Of a stretch of DNA of 64,000 nt, positions 61,106 through 64,000 are shown in pieces. The notes under the pieces are model-generated. The model saw nothing but the letters and a program-made list of their open reading frames with translations. It was not told the origin of the DNA and did no database searches. The number at the start of each line of letters is the position of its first letter. Within the stretch, counting starts at the first letter, position 1. The position numbers and the translations under genes are program-made. The stretch covers positions 1-64,000 of the forward strand of contig JAXLNO010000686.1 of assembly GCA_038087875.1 (NCBI GenBank), written 5' to 3'. This DNA comes from Malacoraja senta (lineage: Eukaryota).

Positions 61106-61938
61106 AGAAGTGGCGGCGCTGTCGAACAGCAGCGGCTCGCCTGCAGTCCGTCTGTTTTTACTTTTTTTGTTGTTTTCTTTTGTCCTGTTTTAGTTAAATT
61201 TTAGTTTATTGGGTTGTGTATGTGTGGGGTGGGGGGGTGAAACATGATTTTTGTCTCTTCCTTCGGGGGAATGCGACTTTTTCTTGTCGTATTCCCCTTC
61301 TCTGCTTCCGTCTGCGCCGAGGCCTAATGGCGGAGCTGCCGGCCTCCAACTCCAACTGCGACCGACCGACCGACCTCGAGACTCCGGAGGCAGAGCCAGG
61401 ACTTACCAGCGCGGGGCTGGCCGGCTTCGGGGCTGCGGTGGCATTCCAGCGGTGGCGACCAAAGACACTGGTGGCGACCTGAATCCGGAGGCTCGGCCGC
61501 GGGCCCAGTGGACGACATCGTCGGGAGCGCGCAGGTCACAGGTTGGTGACCTGTTTTTCTGGAGCTCCCGCAACTACAGCTGCGTCCGCTGGACTGGAGG
61601 GCGGCAGCTTCGGCAGCTTCGACCACCCCGGGCCGCGGAGTTTGAACCGGCCCGTCGCGGAGCACGGATTCAGCTTACCATCACCCGGCGGGGTCACAAC
61701 ATCAGAAGCCTGGATCGCCTCAGCGCAGAGGGAGAACAAAGCGGGAAGAGACAGAGACTTTAAGACTTTTGCCTCCATCACAGTGAGGAGGTGCCTGGTG
61801 AACTCACTGTGGTGGATGTTAATTTGTGTTTATTGTGCGTTTTGTTATTTATTATTATATGTATGACTGCATGCAACGAAACTTCGTTCAGACCGAAAGG
61901 TCTGAATGACAAATAAAGGAATCTCTAATCTCTAATCG
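61106..61938 (+). mobile_element. GC-rich non-autonomous retroposon with Rex1-type tail
   Basis: GC head, T-tract, GC body, tail TTCGTTCAGACCGAAAGGTCTGAATGACAAATAAAG(AATCTCT)n; CTTCC on both sides. Confidence 0.65.
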
Positions 61939-61952
61939 CTTCCTGATATAGT

Positions 61953-62170
61953 GTTAAACATGAACTGCAGATGCTGGAAAATCGAAGGTACACAAAAATG
62001 CTGGAGAAACTCAGCGGGTGCAGCAGCATCTATGGAGCGAAGGAAATAGGCAACGTTTCGGGCCGAAACCCTTCTTGTCTGAAGAAGGGTTTCGGCCCGA
62101 AACGTTGCCTATTTCCTTCGCTCCATAGATGCTGCTGCACCCGCTGAGTTTCTCCAGCATTTTTGTGTAC
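61953..62170. mobile_element. Penelope pLTR inverted-dimer insertion
   Basis: 93-bp inverted arms 61984-62076 / 62082-62174; 14-bp TSD CTTCCTGATATAGT (61939-61952, 62171-62184). Confidence 0.9.
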
Positions 62171-62331
62171 CTTCCTGATATAGTAGTGGCCAGAGGATCT
62201 GGGGTGACGGAGGAACTGAAGGAAATCCACATTAGGCAGGAAATGGTGTTGGATAGACTGATGGGACTGAAGGCTGATAAATCCCCGGGGCCTGATGGTC
62301 TGCATCCCAGGGTACTTAAGGAAGTGGCTCT

Positions 62332-64000
62332 GGGGCTTCCGGTGGCGCCATGCTTTGCTAGCAGTCGCAAAATTTTTAGCTCCGCTGAAAAAAAACACAC
62401 GATTTTTCGCGTTAAAATCGGGTCTGGAGGTCGGGACCGTTTTTAAAAACTTACCGGAGTCTCATGTCGCGGCGCTGATGACGTCATCAGTAAGCGCCGT
62501 GAATTTAACGGAGGGAAAGTCATTTTAAATGAAAAGTACATCTCCAGGTCAGAGCCCACAGAGGAAAGTTACAAAACAATCGCTGAAGACTCTCGAACAT
62601 CAAGAAACTGCAAAACGGACCTCTGGAGGGGTTTCTGGAATGGACACACGATCTAAGACTGAGATGACCACAAAAGAGAAAACCGAATTGGAGGAGTTAA
62701 AAAACTCGGTAAGAGATTTGAAAAATGACTTGAAAGTTGGAAACATAAATTTGATGGCCGGTAATGAAAAAATACTTGTGGGCATTGGTGCTCTGCAAAA
62801 AAGAGTGGATGATGTGCAAGAAGAATTAACGGGGAAAATTAATAAGATGGCAGAAGAGACCACAAAGATGTTTGAGGCTGTGCATGAAACTGTTTCTGCA
62901 AATGTAACTGCAGTGAAAGATATGGAAGCTGTTGTGGAAGAGATGACCGGAGAGATGCAGACGATGAAGTTAGAAATAGACAGCCTCAAGAGCCATCTTA
63001 CAAAAGTGTCTGATAAATGTGTTGACCTAGAAGCTCGCTCAAGACGTCAAAATATACGTATACGTGGAGTAAAAGAGGGAGCTGAGGGGGACAATGCTTG
63101 TGAGTTCACTGCCAATCTAATTAAACACGTACTCAAACTACCTGAGGCACCTGTAATTGAAGTAGCACATCGACTACCCAGATTTAAACCAAGATCTCAA
63201 GGAGCACATGCCTACCCACGACAGATCATAGTTAAACTTCGGGATATCCCAACAATGGAAGCGCTGATGAAAAAAATCAAATATGGAGAGGAGATGATGT
63301 ACAGAAATGATTCTATTAAACTCCTACGGGACTACCCTTACGAGATTGTGCAAAAGAGAAGAAAGTTCTCACAGACCAGAGAAGTTCTTTACGGTGTCAA
63401 GGGTGTCATATGTGGAGTGTATTATCCGGCCAGGATGCGTATTACTTTCATGGGAAAGTCAAAAACATTCATTAACTCGGTAGAATCTCTTAAATACGCT
63501 CAAGAAATCGTGGCCAAGGCAGCAATAAGTGAAGATTGATCACCAAGACATCATGAACAAACTAATTTGTTTATTCCCCCATCAAGAATATCACAAGAAA
63601 AGTGAAATAACTGAACATAAATCTTTTAAAATTATTACACGCAACAGATTTTCCAGGAGACGTGTCTAGACATTATTATCTCCCCTTGAACATTGCGGCA
63701 TCTAACTCAAGGACACTCTGTGCTCAAACGAGGAAAGACTGATAACATGAGACTGACGATCTGATGTGCTGAGAGCGAAAAACATCACATGGCTTATATA
63801 ATTTTATAAAATATTGAGAATCAATAATAATTAATAATTAACAATACCAATATAGAAATAGAAATTGAAACTGATAAAAATGTGTTGCCTGCTTTATAAC
63901 ACAGACAACAGTAATTACATATGTTCCGCAGCTCGAGTGGGGAGGGGAGGAGACTTGGCACCTGGCATAACTCCAGGAGCCTGACTCCGGTTAACCCTTT
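62332..64000 (+). mobile_element. L1-clade LINE 5' end (5' UTR, ORF1, inter-ORF region); continues beyond the window
   Basis: Starts GGGGCTTCCGGTGGCGCC exactly where the CR1 frame breaks; CpG-rich UTR; intact ORF1. Confidence 0.88.
62529..63539 (+). CDS. L1 ORF1p-like RNA-binding protein (coiled coil, RRM, CTD), 336 aa
   Basis: Long heptad region, then DLEARSRRQNIRIRGVKEG, IEVAHR, RQIIVKL, DYP..IVQKRRKF, YPARMRIT. Confidence 0.92.
   Translation: MKSTSPGQSPQRKVTKQSLKTLEHQETAKRTSGGVSGMDTRSKTEMTTKEKTELEELKNSVRDLKNDLKVGNINLMAGNEKILVGIGALQKRVDDVQEELTGKINKMAEETTKMFEAVHETVSANVTAVKDMEAVVEEMTGEMQTMKLEIDSLKSHLTKVSDKCVDLEARSRRQNIRIRGVKEGAEGDNACEFTANLIKHVLKLPEAPVIEVAHRLPRFKPRSQGAHAYPRQIIVKLRDIPTMEALMKKIKYGEEMMYRNDSIKLLRDYPYEIVQKRRKFSQTREVLYGVKGVICGVYYPARMRITFMGKSKTFINSVESLKYAQEIVAKAAISED

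Larger units (their letters stand above)
60520..62331 (+). mobile_element. CR1 ORF2 middle fragment hosting three later insertions
   Basis: LNKGDYGAMREELAKVDW...YFGSVFTKEDTNNLP / DIVVARGSG...KSPGPDGLHPRVLKEVAL. Confidence 0.9.

Noticed and set aside
62475..62525. CTGATGA...GAAA in the L1 5' UTR as a hammerhead
   Set aside because: No stems I-III in register; CTGATGA is half of the CRE palindrome.

Overview
This is eukaryotic, almost entirely transposon-derived DNA. HE1-type tRNA SINEs, several CR1 families and Penelope pLTRs point to an elasmobranch genome, probably skate or ray (inference). I see no intact host gene, only a disrupted C2H2 zinc-finger exon (3238-3415) and CpG-rich promoter-like cassettes. 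Retroelements: one apparently intact full-length CR1 LINE (42448-47008, minus strand), a second degenerate full-length CR1 family, many CR1 fragments, RTEX-like, Rex1/Babar, L1/Tx1, a HERO-type RLE element and Penelope elements. DNA elements: Tc1, hAT, Harbinger, THAP-bearing (ISL2EU-like) and Helitron-like remnants. Main signals: (1) a hammerhead-ribozyme core with its three strands in non-circularly permuted order in the HERO 3' UTR; (2) minimal hammerhead motifs in Penelope pLTRs, including a palindromic insertion with 93-bp arms and a 14-bp TSD; (3) an inverted segmental duplication carrying a promoter cassette and a THAP fold-back MITE; (4) a GC-rich non-coding retroposon head joined to different LINE tails; (5) a CR1 inter-family chimera; (6) a tandem YY1-site/palindrome array. 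Family names come from recognised motifs, not database searches, and boundaries are approximate unless a TSD is quoted.
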